The notes under the pieces are model-generated. The model searched no databases. It had not been told where the DNA came from and saw only the letters and a program-made list of their open reading frames with translations. A stretch of DNA of 64,000 nucleotides from Thraustochytrium aureum (Eukaryota). Location: positions 9,711 through 73,710 of the forward strand of contig BLSG01000172.1 in assembly GCA_012862495.1 (NCBI GenBank), given 5' to 3'. Position numbers and translations under genes: made by a program. The first letter of the stretch is position 1, and each line of letters starts with the position of its first letter. Positions 23,092 through 32,617 of this stretch are shown here, piece after piece.

Positions 23092-24996
23092 ATGGGCAAG
23101 CGCAAAGCGAAGCGGGAAGGCGAGAGCCTTCCTCTGGACCAGCGTACCAGAGACAGCACTGTCGCAGTCCCTGCTTCGCAGAAGAAATGCAAGGTGCCGG
23201 GGCTTATGGATCTTATTCGGGAGGTCGTTCCTGAAGCCAACGCTGCAGCGTACTATGCTGTTCTACTGGCAAACATGTTTGTAACGATGCTTCTCGTTAA
23301 CGCGATTCCCGTCCCTGCGTTGGATAGGCCGTTTTTCGAGCTGTGCATTAGGCGCGTTTCTTCCAGCTGTACTGAACCTACCAAGCAGAGGTGCAGGGAT
23401 ACTGGTATAGAGCACGCTTACCGCTACATCTGGGGTGACCGGGAGAAGCTCGTTAAAACTATATATCACGGGAACATCGTCGGCAACGCTGCAACAGAGA
23501 TGGCGACTGCTGCTGAACTGTACAACACCAGAGCGCTGTACCATCATATGGTCCAGTATGTCAGGTCAAAGTACAATGTATCAAAGGGTCACGCCAAGTT
23601 CATTTGCGGACAAATTCGCAAAAAGGAAGACCAGGACCCGCTCGACTACGAAAGCATACCCGACAAGCTTGACATTCAGGAGTCAGACCTGCACGACATC
23701 ATACTGTCGGAAAGGGACATTTATCTGGAAGCCGTGGCAAACGAGCGGATCGTGGAATATCGTTTCATGCTCATGACTGAAATCCAAGCTCTGAGTACAC
23801 CCGAAAAACGTCTCAAGTCGTTCACAATCATCCCCGAACGTCACCCTGGAAACCAGTTCATGACTCTCGATCAGGAAACGCTATCTCGTCTCTGGAAACG
23901 TCGTCAGCCTAGTCGGTCAGACGCGGAGGCGTGGACACGGTGGAACGACGTTCTTGAAACCTACAAGTCGATCGGTGACTGGTTTAAACTGCCTAAACGC
24001 GGGTCGTCATGGGACAACGGAGCATCACTGAAGACAAACGGATTCGAGTTTCACTTCACGTTCGACAAGAACAAGACCAGACACCCGGTTACCAAGCGAG
24101 CCAAGAAACCCAAGTCGGCCATGACGATCGAGGAAGATGACTGGAACCCCGAGCGCGTGTTCACAAACAAGGCTGGTGTCGATATCCGCGACCCGACCAA
24201 TTTCGTAGCTGCAGACGTCGGGAACTACAACATCCTCACATGCGTTAGCCCGACCCGTGAGACCCACCCCACCGGCTCTCCGAAAATGGACGTACGCAAC
24301 TACAGGAAAATCCGGTACAACCACGAGTCCAAGCGTACGAAGGTCAACGATAAGGTTCGGCTCCTGCAAAAGGACGTCGGCATACGGGCTTACCAGAACG
24401 TACTCTCCCAGCACAGCATGAAGACGACGAATCTGGAATCGCTGAAAGACGCTGTGCTTGCGCGTTGCAAGGTGTATCACGTCCTGTATGCTCACTACAG
24501 CAATCGTCAGTTCCTCAAACTGAAGATGGAGGCTCGGATGGCCGAAAGACGAGCCATTGACAAGATGCTCAACTGGGTCACCTACGGGAAGACCAAGCCT
24601 CTCGGCATAGGCGACTGCTCAAGGACGACGGGGATCAAGGGGACCTCTCCGGGAGGCCCGACGAAAAAAATCAAACGACATGCCATAAAGTCCGGCTACG
24701 AGCTGGTCTTGGTGAACGAGTCGTACACGTCTAAACGCTCAGCGTGTTGCCAAGGTCACGACCTGGTACCAGCGCAGAGACGGGACGCGGACGGGCGTCT
24801 TGAGGACATCCACGGACTACGCATTTGCTCAAAATGTGGTAATACGTGGGACCGGGACGTCAGCGCGGCTATCAACATCTTTGACGTGTTTTACAATTCG
24901 GTGGTGCTAGGGGGGCCACGCCCTCCTCACCTCCTTAAAAAGTGCGATACCGGGCTTCTGGGAAGGACATGGCATTCGCACCTAATCCGTGGTTGA
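23092..24996 (+). CDS. Fanzor (Fanzor1-like, TnpB-derived RuvC RNA-guided endonuclease), ~634 aa
   Basis: RuvC-I FVAADVGNYNILT, IGDCS...KG.SPGGP, RuvC-II VLVNESYTSK, Zn-finger SACC...CSKC, RuvC-III WDRDVSAAINI, tail RPPHL; upstream FTIIP and KTNG motifs resemble Fanzor1 F.l.P and TDG; basic NLS-like MGKRKAKR. Confidence 0.9.
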   Translation: MGKRKAKREGESLPLDQRTRDSTVAVPASQKKCKVPGLMDLIREVVPEANAAAYYAVLLANMFVTMLLVNAIPVPALDRPFFELCIRRVSSSCTEPTKQRCRDTGIEHAYRYIWGDREKLVKTIYHGNIVGNAATEMATAAELYNTRALYHHMVQYVRSKYNVSKGHAKFICGQIRKKEDQDPLDYESIPDKLDIQESDLHDIILSERDIYLEAVANERIVEYRFMLMTEIQALSTPEKRLKSFTIIPERHPGNQFMTLDQETLSRLWKRRQPSRSDAEAWTRWNDVLETYKSIGDWFKLPKRGSSWDNGASLKTNGFEFHFTFDKNKTRHPVTKRAKKPKSAMTIEEDDWNPERVFTNKAGVDIRDPTNFVAADVGNYNILTCVSPTRETHPTGSPKMDVRNYRKIRYNHESKRTKVNDKVRLLQKDVGIRAYQNVLSQHSMKTTNLESLKDAVLARCKVYHVLYAHYSNRQFLKLKMEARMAERRAIDKMLNWVTYGKTKPLGIGDCSRTTGIKGTSPGGPTKKIKRHAIKSGYELVLVNESYTSKRSACCQGHDLVPAQRRDADGRLEDIHGLRICSKCGNTWDRDVSAAINIFDVFYNSVVLGGPRPPHLLKKCDTGLLGRTWHSHLIRG

Positions 24997-25110
24997 GCCT
25001 CCAGCTCCCTCGGGTTAGATAGTTGAACCTGTTCGTTTAACATGCTTTACCCTTGACTGGGTAGTCGCATGACGTGGCTTCCTATCCATTAGTTACGCGA
25101 ACTCTCAACT
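24960..25110 (+). ncRNA. Putative omegaRNA scaffold of the Fanzor (guide predicted in the downstream gap; 5' boundary approximate)
   Basis: Hairpin 24982-25018 spanning the stop codon, hairpin 25041-25071, enclosing stem 25021-25041 / 25092-25110; position matches TnpB/Fanzor omegaRNAs. Confidence 0.65.
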
Positions 25111-26419
25111 NNNNNNNNNNNNNNNNNNNNNNNNNNNNNNNNNNNNNNNNNNNNNNNNNNNNNNNNNNNNNNNNNNNNNNNNNNNNNNNNNNNNNNNNNN
25201 NNNNNNNNNNNNNNNNNNNNNNNNNNNNNNNNNNNNNNNNNNNNNNNNNNNNNNNNNNNNNNNNNNNNNNNNNNNNNNNNNNNNNNNNNNNNNNNNNNNN
25301 NNNNNNNNNNNNNNNNNNNNNNNNNNNNNNNNNNNNNNNNNNNNNNNNNNNNNNNNNNNNNNNNNNNNNNNNNNNNNNNNNNNNNNNNNNNNNNNNNNNN
25401 NNNNNNNNNNNNNNNNNNNNNNNNNNNNNNNNNNNNNNNNNNNNNNNNNNNNNNNNNNNNNNNNNNNNNNNNNNNNNNNNNNNNNNNNNNNNNNNNNNNN
25501 NNNNNNNNNNNNNNNNNNNNNNNNNNNNNNNNNNNNNNNNNNNNNNNNNNNNNNNNNNNNNNNNNNNNNNNNNNNNNNNNNNNNNNNNNNNNNNNNNNNN
25601 NNNNNNNNNNNNNNNNNNNNNNNNNNNNNNNNNNNNNNNNNNNNNNNNNNNNNNNNNNNNNNNNNNNNNNNNNNNNNNNNNNNNNNNNNNNNNNNNNNNN
25701 NNNNNNNNNNNNNNNNNNNNNNNNNNNNNNNNNNNNNNNNNNNNNNNNNNNNNNNNNNNNNNNNNNNNNNNNNNNNNNNNNNNNNNNNNNNNNNNNNNNN
25801 CAAAGAGTTGGCCCAAGCAACTTGCTCACAAAGCAGTGTCCTGGATCAAGTGAACGAACGCGGACCTTGCGAAAGAATCACGAACCAAGGCCGAAGTTGT
25901 TTGAGCACCTTGCCATGCAAAACCGTCGCTTGGTGGATAGATAGATCGGTTGGCGCAACGCTGTATGGTCGCGCCGCCGCAATTCCAATGCGTCTTGGTC
26001 TTGTTTCACGTTCGTCATTCTGCCTCTCCTACAAGATGCTCCCCGCTGCTTTTGCTTTCTACACCGGCCTAGAAGAGACTGCAATCGGATTGATGTGCAT
26101 ACGCTTTGCTCAACTGCGCACGGCTTTGGCGCGACGGTCGTTGTGGCACTATCGCTCACGCTGCATTCGTACACGCCCGTGCTTGGTATTCGCACAAAGA
26201 CTTGGCCGCGCGGTCCGACCACTGCTCGACGCTGCAACGACCCTGCCAAAGAGAACGCGACGCAGCTGCAGCGTCTCGCACTCACACCATAGCCCGTGGA
26301 GCTGTCGCCTCCTTCACCTTTGAGATGCATTTGGCTTCCTCAAGGCCTCGACTCGGGCAATTGCATCCAGTGTACTGGTGTAGAAGGAGACAGAGGACGT
26401 ACCTGAGCTGGATTGTGTG

Positions 26420-28641
26420 TTAATGCTCACAGAGGTTTACGTTACGCAGGTTCCAGTTGCCCTTGTAGCGGCTGCGCTCCTGCATGAGCGCCAATCGATG
26501 CGCTTGAGCTTGTTCGAGCGTCATCGTGCTGCGCTGGTCCGGCACCTCCTGCGTTGAAACGATACGCTGCGACGGGTCCACCACAAAGAAGGCAACTACG
26601 CGCCGGCGGGCGGGGCTTGCGCCCCGGTTCACCATCTTGCTGATCCGGTGGATGTGGGAGTTCGGAAAGACAACCAAGCGGCCTGCTGGCGTGGCCACTC
26701 GCCCCAACGGCACAACCCCTGACCCTATAATGTCAAGCCTCACATCGCAGTCCAAGCTCTCCCGTTCCTCCCCACGGCGAACGAAATGCCGCGCGTAATT
26801 ATGGTCGCTTTCCGTGAAAGCCCGTTTGAACATGATGTCTCCGCCCTCGATAATCTCGTCGCGGTCCAGGACGAAAAGGCAGGTTGCTGCAATCTTCTCG
26901 TGGCTCATGCCCTCGACATGCCAAACGCCCTCGTACTCATCACCCGGCTTGAGCTCATAGTCGACGATCTTCACCATCGCTTGGAGGGCCGTGCTGCGCA
27001 GAGAGAAACGCGTCTTGGCGCAGTGGGTCTCCCACTGGTGCTTCTCACCAGGGTTCAGAGGATCGAAGTTGCGTCCATACCACAACACCGCCTCGAGCCG
27101 CGGTAGCGCGATTTCTAGCAGGCCAGCAAGCTGCGCGTACAGCTTGAAGTGGTCCCGTGCCGGCCGCAGGCCGTTGATGTCGCCTCGGACAGATGCAGCG
27201 CCGTTTGGGCTGATGTCAAAGTACGTCGCGAGCCACTGGTACCTAGAAAACTCAAACGTGCGGCCCCACAAGTCATGCCCGACCGTTGGGGGTATCGCGC
27301 CAAGGTCGTCGGAAGGCTCAAAAGGGGACTCGCCTCTCACATATGGGTACATGGAAGGGTGCNNNNNNNNNNNNNNNNNNNNNNNNNNNNNNNNNNNNNN
27401 NNNNNNNNNNNNNNNNNNNNNNNNNNNNNNNNNNNNNNNNNNNNNNNNNNNNNNNNNNNNNNNNNNNNNNNNNNNNNNNNNNNNNNNNNNNNNNNNNNNN
27501 NNNNNNNNNNNNNNNNNNNNNNNNNNNNNNNNNNNNNNNNNNNNNNNNNNNNNNNNNNNNNNNNNNNNNNNNNNNNNNNNNNNNNNNNNNNNNNNNNNNN
27601 NNNNNNNNNNNNNNNNNNNNNNNNNNNNNNNNNNNNNNNNNNNNNNNNNNNNNNNNNNNNNNNNNNNNNNNNNNNGACCTTGCCGTCGCTGCCCGGGTGG
27701 TAATCGGGCCCCGAGAGGCTTGCCAGAGCATCAACCTCGTCGTTCAGGCTGACGATCGACGCGGCCGGGACCACGCCGTCGGCCCACAGCACCCCCTCTT
27801 TGACGACTTGCTGTTCGTGCCGCCGGACGACTGCCTCCATGGCCCTGAAGCCAACCATTCGCAACCGCTCTGGCCGCGGAAAGCCAAAGGAGAGCGGCAC
27901 GCTGAGCGTGACCTCGAGCGGGTCCTGAGATACGCGGAAAACCTCGCCGACGCTCCCTTCGACGGCTTCGTCCGGGCCGTCTGGGCGATGGCGCCGCATA
28001 CAATCCTTGCTGAAACGGTAGCGGTGCGGTGCTACGCGAAGCCTTGTCACGTCAACAGTGTCGCCCACGGCAACTTGCTCGGCTATTCCGGCGTCGTTCA
28101 ACTGCGCCTGATTCAGGGTGACCTTGGCCAGGCCAAAAGCCATCATAGTGCGCTCCCGCTGCCGATCGATGAGGCCTCGGCGGGGGCGCAGAAGCTCTCC
28201 TCTGAATGGCGGCGCTACTTCTACGATGCTCGTCAAGACGACCTGGACCAGGCGGGCGTTTTCGAACACGGCAACTAGGGGACCTCCGTCGCGCCCGCCA
28301 TCAACGTCTTGGTCTCCACCCTCCTCGCCCTCATCGATATCTTCGTGCGCGGCCGCAAAGGTCGCCCCAATGAACGGGCTTGTGTCGCCGAACTCGGCTC
28401 CGTCGATCAACTCCTTGAACGCTGCAGAATTGTTAGTGGAGTTGACTTGGCTGACAAATTCGGACACGTACTTGGCCTGGTCGCCCCACCACACCTCCGC
28501 AGCTTGGTTTGCCGCATGGTGTAGCGCGCGACAAGCCAGCAGAGCTCCACGCCGGACCTCATGTTGCGCTAGCCACGACAGCACATGCTCCGCAACCCAC
28601 GCGTGCCTCACCAGCACGGGCGCGTCGACCCTTCGCCTCAT
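26420..28641 (-). CDS. F-box-like N-terminus + DUF4246 (2OG-Fe(II) oxygenase-like) protein; gap 27363-27675
   Basis: DYHPGSDGKV...HPSMYPYV, YQWLATYF, VKIVDYELKPGDEYEGVWHVEGMSHEKIAAT, GRLVVFPNSHIHRI, RRVVAFFVVDP, HRLALMQER; N-terminal EHVLSWL...LLACRALH. Confidence 0.8.
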
Positions 28642-28850
28642 CAAGCCAACCAAGCCACCGCGACGCAAGCTCTGCCTCCTGGAACCTCGGGTTTGATCCC
28701 ACCGCAGACCGAGCCCGGCCCCTCCTTCCTCGTGGCCAGCGCCACCAAGGCCAACGCCCCGAACCGTTCGCTCGTCCTTCTCTGTCCGCGCCGAACGAAC
28801 ATGAGCGAGCATCTGAATTCTGTGAACTGGCTTGTGCAGGTCTCAGAGTC

Positions 28851-29499
28851 ATGCTCGCGAGCACGTCGGCGCGGGTCGGCGCGGCCAGGCTAGGGGCCGC
28901 CGGCGCCATGGCGAGGCGCGCGGCTGCGACACAGAGCGCGCTGTTCAAAACCGGGGCGGACGACTGCGCACCGGCAGACTCCAAGTCCCTTGTCTTCGCG
29001 TACATGGGGCTTGGCTTCGTGTCGACGTCGTCGATGGCCGTCCACAACGAGCTACGCCATCGCCGCCAGCCAGCGGGATCTGGGCCCTCTCCAGCAAGCC
29101 GCCTTCGTGGCGCAGCGAGACGTCCCTGTTGGTTCTGCGTTGTTTCTTTCACCTTTTCTTTCACTTTGCTTTGAGGTCGCACCGCCCGTCTTTTAGCGTC
29201 GCGTAGAGTAACAACCCAACCAATTGGAGTAGGTACTTACATCAAGGCGCCCTTACCAACACTTCTTTCCTCAAGCGGCACGCTCTCTCAAACATGGTCG
29301 GTCCACCACGGCCAGAGCGGTGTTCGAGGTCCTAAAGGCGTTTCACCTCAAGGACAGCCGCATCACGGCGTTCAACCCCTGGGAGAACGCGAAGCGCATG
29401 CGCAAGAGCGCTCTGCGCCTCAGCATGCCCATTGTTCCGGATCTCGAGGCGATTGCCCGCGTCGTCGAAGTTATCCTCGACTACGTCCCGCCGTTCTGA
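28851..29499 (+). pseudogene. Degraded/truncated branched-chain amino acid aminotransferase (IlvE/BCAT-like) with transit-peptide-like start
   Basis: Manual translation of 29307-29499 gives HGQS(fs)VFEVLKAFHLKDSRITAFNPWENAKRMRKSALRLSMPIVPDLEAIARVVEVILDYVPPF*, matching BCAT YGQ.vFEGLKA...RP..NA.RM..SA.RL.MP...dyVPP. Confidence 0.7.
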
Positions 29500-30514
29500 G
29501 CTAAGTACGGATCAGACGACTCGTTCAACTTGCGGNNNNNNNNNNNNNNNNNNNNNNNNNNNNNNNNNNNNNNNNNNNNNNNNNNNNNNNNNNNNNNNNN
29601 NNNNNNNNNNNNNNNNNNNNNNNNNNNNNNNNNNNNNNNNNNNNNNNNNNNNNNNNNNNNNNNNNNNNNNNNNNNNNNNNNNNNNNNNNNNNNNNNNNNN
29701 NNNNNNNNNNNNNNNNNNNNNNNNNNNNNNNNNNNNNNNNNNNNNNNNNNNNNNNNNNNNNNNNNNNNNNNNNNNNNNNNNNNNNNNNNNNNNNNNNNNN
29801 NNNNNNNNNNNNNNNNNNNNNNNNNNNNNNNNNNNNNNNNNNNNNNNNNNNNNNNNNNNNNNNNNNNNNNNNNNNNNNNNNNNNNNNNNNNNNNNNNNNN
29901 NNNNNNNNNNNNNNNNNNNNNNNNNNNNNNNNNNNNNNNNNNNNNNNNNNNNNNNNNNNNNNNNNNNNNNNNNNNNNNNNNNNNNNNNNNNNNNNNNNNN
30001 NNNNNNNNNNNNNNNNNNNNNNNNNNNNNNNNNNNNNNNNNNNNNNNNNNNNNNNNNNNNNNNNNNNNNNNNNNNNNNNNNNNNNNNNNNNNNNNNNNNN
30101 NNNNNNNNNNNNNNNNNNNNNNNNNNNNNNNNNNNNNNNNNNNNNNNNNNNNNNNNNNNNNNNNNNNNNNNNNNNNNNNNNNNNNNNNNNNNNNNNNNNN
30201 NNNNNNNNNNNNNNNNNNNNNNNNNNNNNNNNNNNNNNNNNNNNNNNNNNNNNNNNNNNNNNNNNNNNNNNNNNNNNNNNNNNNNNNNNNNNNNNNNNNN
30301 NNNNNNNNNNNNNNNNNNNNNNNNNNNNNNNNNNNNNNNNNNNNNNNNNNNNNNNNNNNNNNNNNNNNNNNNNNNNNNNNNNNNNNNNNNNNNNNNNNNN
30401 NNNNNNNNNNNNNNNNNNNNNNNNNNNNNNNNNNNNNNNNNNNNNNNNNNNNNNNNNNNNNNNNNNNNNNNNNNNNNNNNNNNNNNNNNNNNNNNNNNNN
30501 NNNNNNNNNNNNNN

Positions 30515-31048
30515 TCTTTAAGCCTCGGGTACTTGACTGTTTTTGTGATTCCCGTGTATCGAATCATGCGCAATGCGAAGAAAATTGTGCAGAGCTCCGA
30601 CTCCACTGCGATGGAGTCGCTCGTGCGGCGAAATTTGCGCGCTTCTGCGACCGCCATCTTCAGCACGTTTATTGTTATGCTTCTCATTAGCATCGGCATG
30701 GCTGGGTTGCAGAGCCCTGGGGGGCCGCGGCTTGTGTACTGGACCTGGACGTACCCGCTTGTTTCGATAGACGTCGCTGTCAACATTATCACGGTGGTCT
30801 CGGTCACGAACGTATGGATGCCCCAGAGGTGGCAACGCTACTTGCGCTTGGCGAGCGGCGCGACATCTTCGCAGACCAGCAGCAATCTGCCCCGCAAGGT
30901 TACTGGCGACACCTCGTCCCGACTTTCGCCTACCGGGCGAATCGAGAGCTCGGCATGCGAAGGTTCGCGGGCGACGTCCTTCCTCAATTTCCCGGAACAT
31001 GAAGGCGGCTTGCCACAGAGCTGCGGCGACGAAGACGAGTATGTGTAA
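30515..31048 (+). CDS. C-terminal part of a multi-pass membrane protein (possibly 7TM-like); 5' end in gap
   Basis: Three hydrophobic helices followed by a Ser-rich cytosolic tail. Confidence 0.55.
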   Translation, partial: SLSLGYLTVFVIPVYRIMRNAKKIVQSSDSTAMESLVRRNLRASATAIFSTFIVMLLISIGMAGLQSPGGPRLVYWTWTYPLVSIDVAVNIITVVSVTNVWMPQRWQRYLRLASGATSSQTSSNLPRKVTGDTSSRLSPTGRIESSACEGSRATSFLNFPEHEGGLPQSCGDEDEYV

Positions 31049-31635
31049 GGCTTGCCCAAGGCTCCAAGGCGCACCCTAGCGCGCGGAAGGCGTGCGTATT
31101 TGACAACATGTCTTGATTAATTTACTCTACCTACTCTACTTCACCTTTTGATTTCACGCGCAAAGGCAAAGTTGTCCCGCCGACATCGAAGGACGCAACA
31201 CACGCTACGCGACTCTCTTTCTCACTCTGCACGTTTGTACTAGTCACCTCTGCGCGCGACGGTGGCCGCCTGCTGAATAGTCCCCAGACTGGTCCTGTGG
31301 AGACCGGACTGCAACAACCCAAAAAAAAGAAAAGAAAAAGAGTGGAGATGGTTGACGGATGATGGCCTTGCGATGTTGACTCGAATCGTCCGTCACAGAC
31401 TTGTTGACGATCTCCCGGGGATCGAAATCGCTGTTGCATCAAGCGCCCTCTTGATGGAGCAGTCGGAGAGAACCAGACGAAGCCTGCGTGCTACAGCCCC
31501 CAGTACGAGTTGCCTCGATCAACAAGTGTCGGAAGGTCTTGCTGGAGAGCGACACGTTCGTGCGACACATTTATAAAAAATAAAGGCATGCAGCGCAGCA
31601 GGTCGGCGTTGCAAGAACAGCTGGGCAGCCGCGAG

Positions 31636-32301
31636 CTAGGCCTCCAAGCTCCGGTCGACGGTTTGAGCGGCTTGCGACACAGCAAGACGCGTGTCCATGT
31701 ACTCGGCAACCGAGACATGATGCGCACCGCCGTAAAAGTCGAGCAAGAAGATCTTGCTCACGTTGAGCCGAGCGGCCCGAAAGCCGTGATCTTTCGGCCA
31801 CGACGCCATCTCCGGGTGCTTGCTGTAGAGGTACCCGAGCGCCCGAACTGACTCGCCGCCTTCCAGGTTCTGCACTTGGCCTGTCAACGTCACGCGCCAA
31901 CAGGTAGGATCCTCAGGGTCTCGCTTGCACGGTTTGGACATTCGTTCCGAAATCGTCAGCGAGGCCCACGGGTTCTTGGAGAGATCCTGCGCGGTAGGGT
32001 CGAGCGCAGTCAAGAGCATGAACGGCGTCCCTGTCGAATTCCACTCTGCCTCGGCAGCAGGGTACAGTCCGTCCGAGTACGACACGACATTACCAAACGG
32101 AACGCTTCTGTTCCGGCCGCCGTCAAGCGCAGCGTTCGAGACCTCACCGGAAGTTGCGAGTACGCCCCAAGACCCTTGCGCGACAACCCACCTCGCCGCC
32201 TGGGCAAAATGGTCGTAAGGGGGGCGCGCGGGCCCGCCGCCCCTGACGCAGCCAACGAGCCCCGCTGCCGCCGCCACAACGACTCCAACGCACAGCCTCA
32301 T
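31636..32301 (-). CDS. CREG: CREG-family secreted protein (split-barrel, pyridoxamine oxidase-like)
   Basis: Signal peptide, ARWVV...WGVLATS, PFGNVVSYSDG, DPEDPTCWRVTLTG, HPEMASWPKDHGF, LDFYGG. Confidence 0.88.
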   Translation of the reverse strand: MRLCVGVVVAAAAGLVGCVRGGGPARPPYDHFAQAARWVVAQGSWGVLATSGEVSNAALDGGRNRSVPFGNVVSYSDGLYPAAEAEWNSTGTPFMLLTALDPTAQDLSKNPWASLTISERMSKPCKRDPEDPTCWRVTLTGQVQNLEGGESVRALGYLYSKHPEMASWPKDHGFRAARLNVSKIFLLDFYGGAHHVSVAEYMDTRLAVSQAAQTVDRSLEA

Positions 32302-32617
32302 GATCTTCCTGCAGCCTCCTCCCGGTCCGAGCCGATCGGGGTCTGTCCTTCCCTGCGCAGATGCATGCAGGCAGTTCTCCGATCCTCTTGAGCGTCTTGA
32401 ACGTCAAGAACAGTGCAGAACCCGTGCCAAACGATCTTGATTGTTGCACTGATTCTTGATTGATTTCAAGAAAAACAACAACTTGAAGAACTGAACTGGT
32501 TTTCCTACTCAAAGTACTCACAGTACTCTACCACTCTACCTAGCTCTACTAGTAGAGAGTACTTCCCCTGCCGGTGCCAGAGCCGCAACAGCTGAGTGTC
32601 GCCTTTCGTCCGGAGCG

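Larger units (their letters stand above)
22935..25110 (+). mobile_element. Fanzor-carrying transposon-like island (termini hidden in flanking gaps)
   Basis: Visibly lower GC than host genes, contains a Fanzor ORF, has hairpins at both sides, and is bounded by N gaps 22175-22934 and 25111-25800. Confidence 0.75.

Noticed and set aside
23092..24996. Bacterial TnpB or Cas12 (CRISPR) locus
   Set aside because: No CRISPR array or cas genes anywhere in the window; length, rearranged RuvC-II Glu and eukaryotic context fit Fanzor
22935..25830. Terminal inverted repeats or TSD for the Fanzor element, including the AGAGTT/AACTCT match across the right gap
   Set aside because: The match is too short and the true ends lie in N gaps, so the transposon superfamily cannot be assigned
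25808..26423. ORFs right of the Fanzor gap as a transposase or accessory gene
   Set aside because: No recognisable motifs; looks like intergenic or 3' UTR sequence
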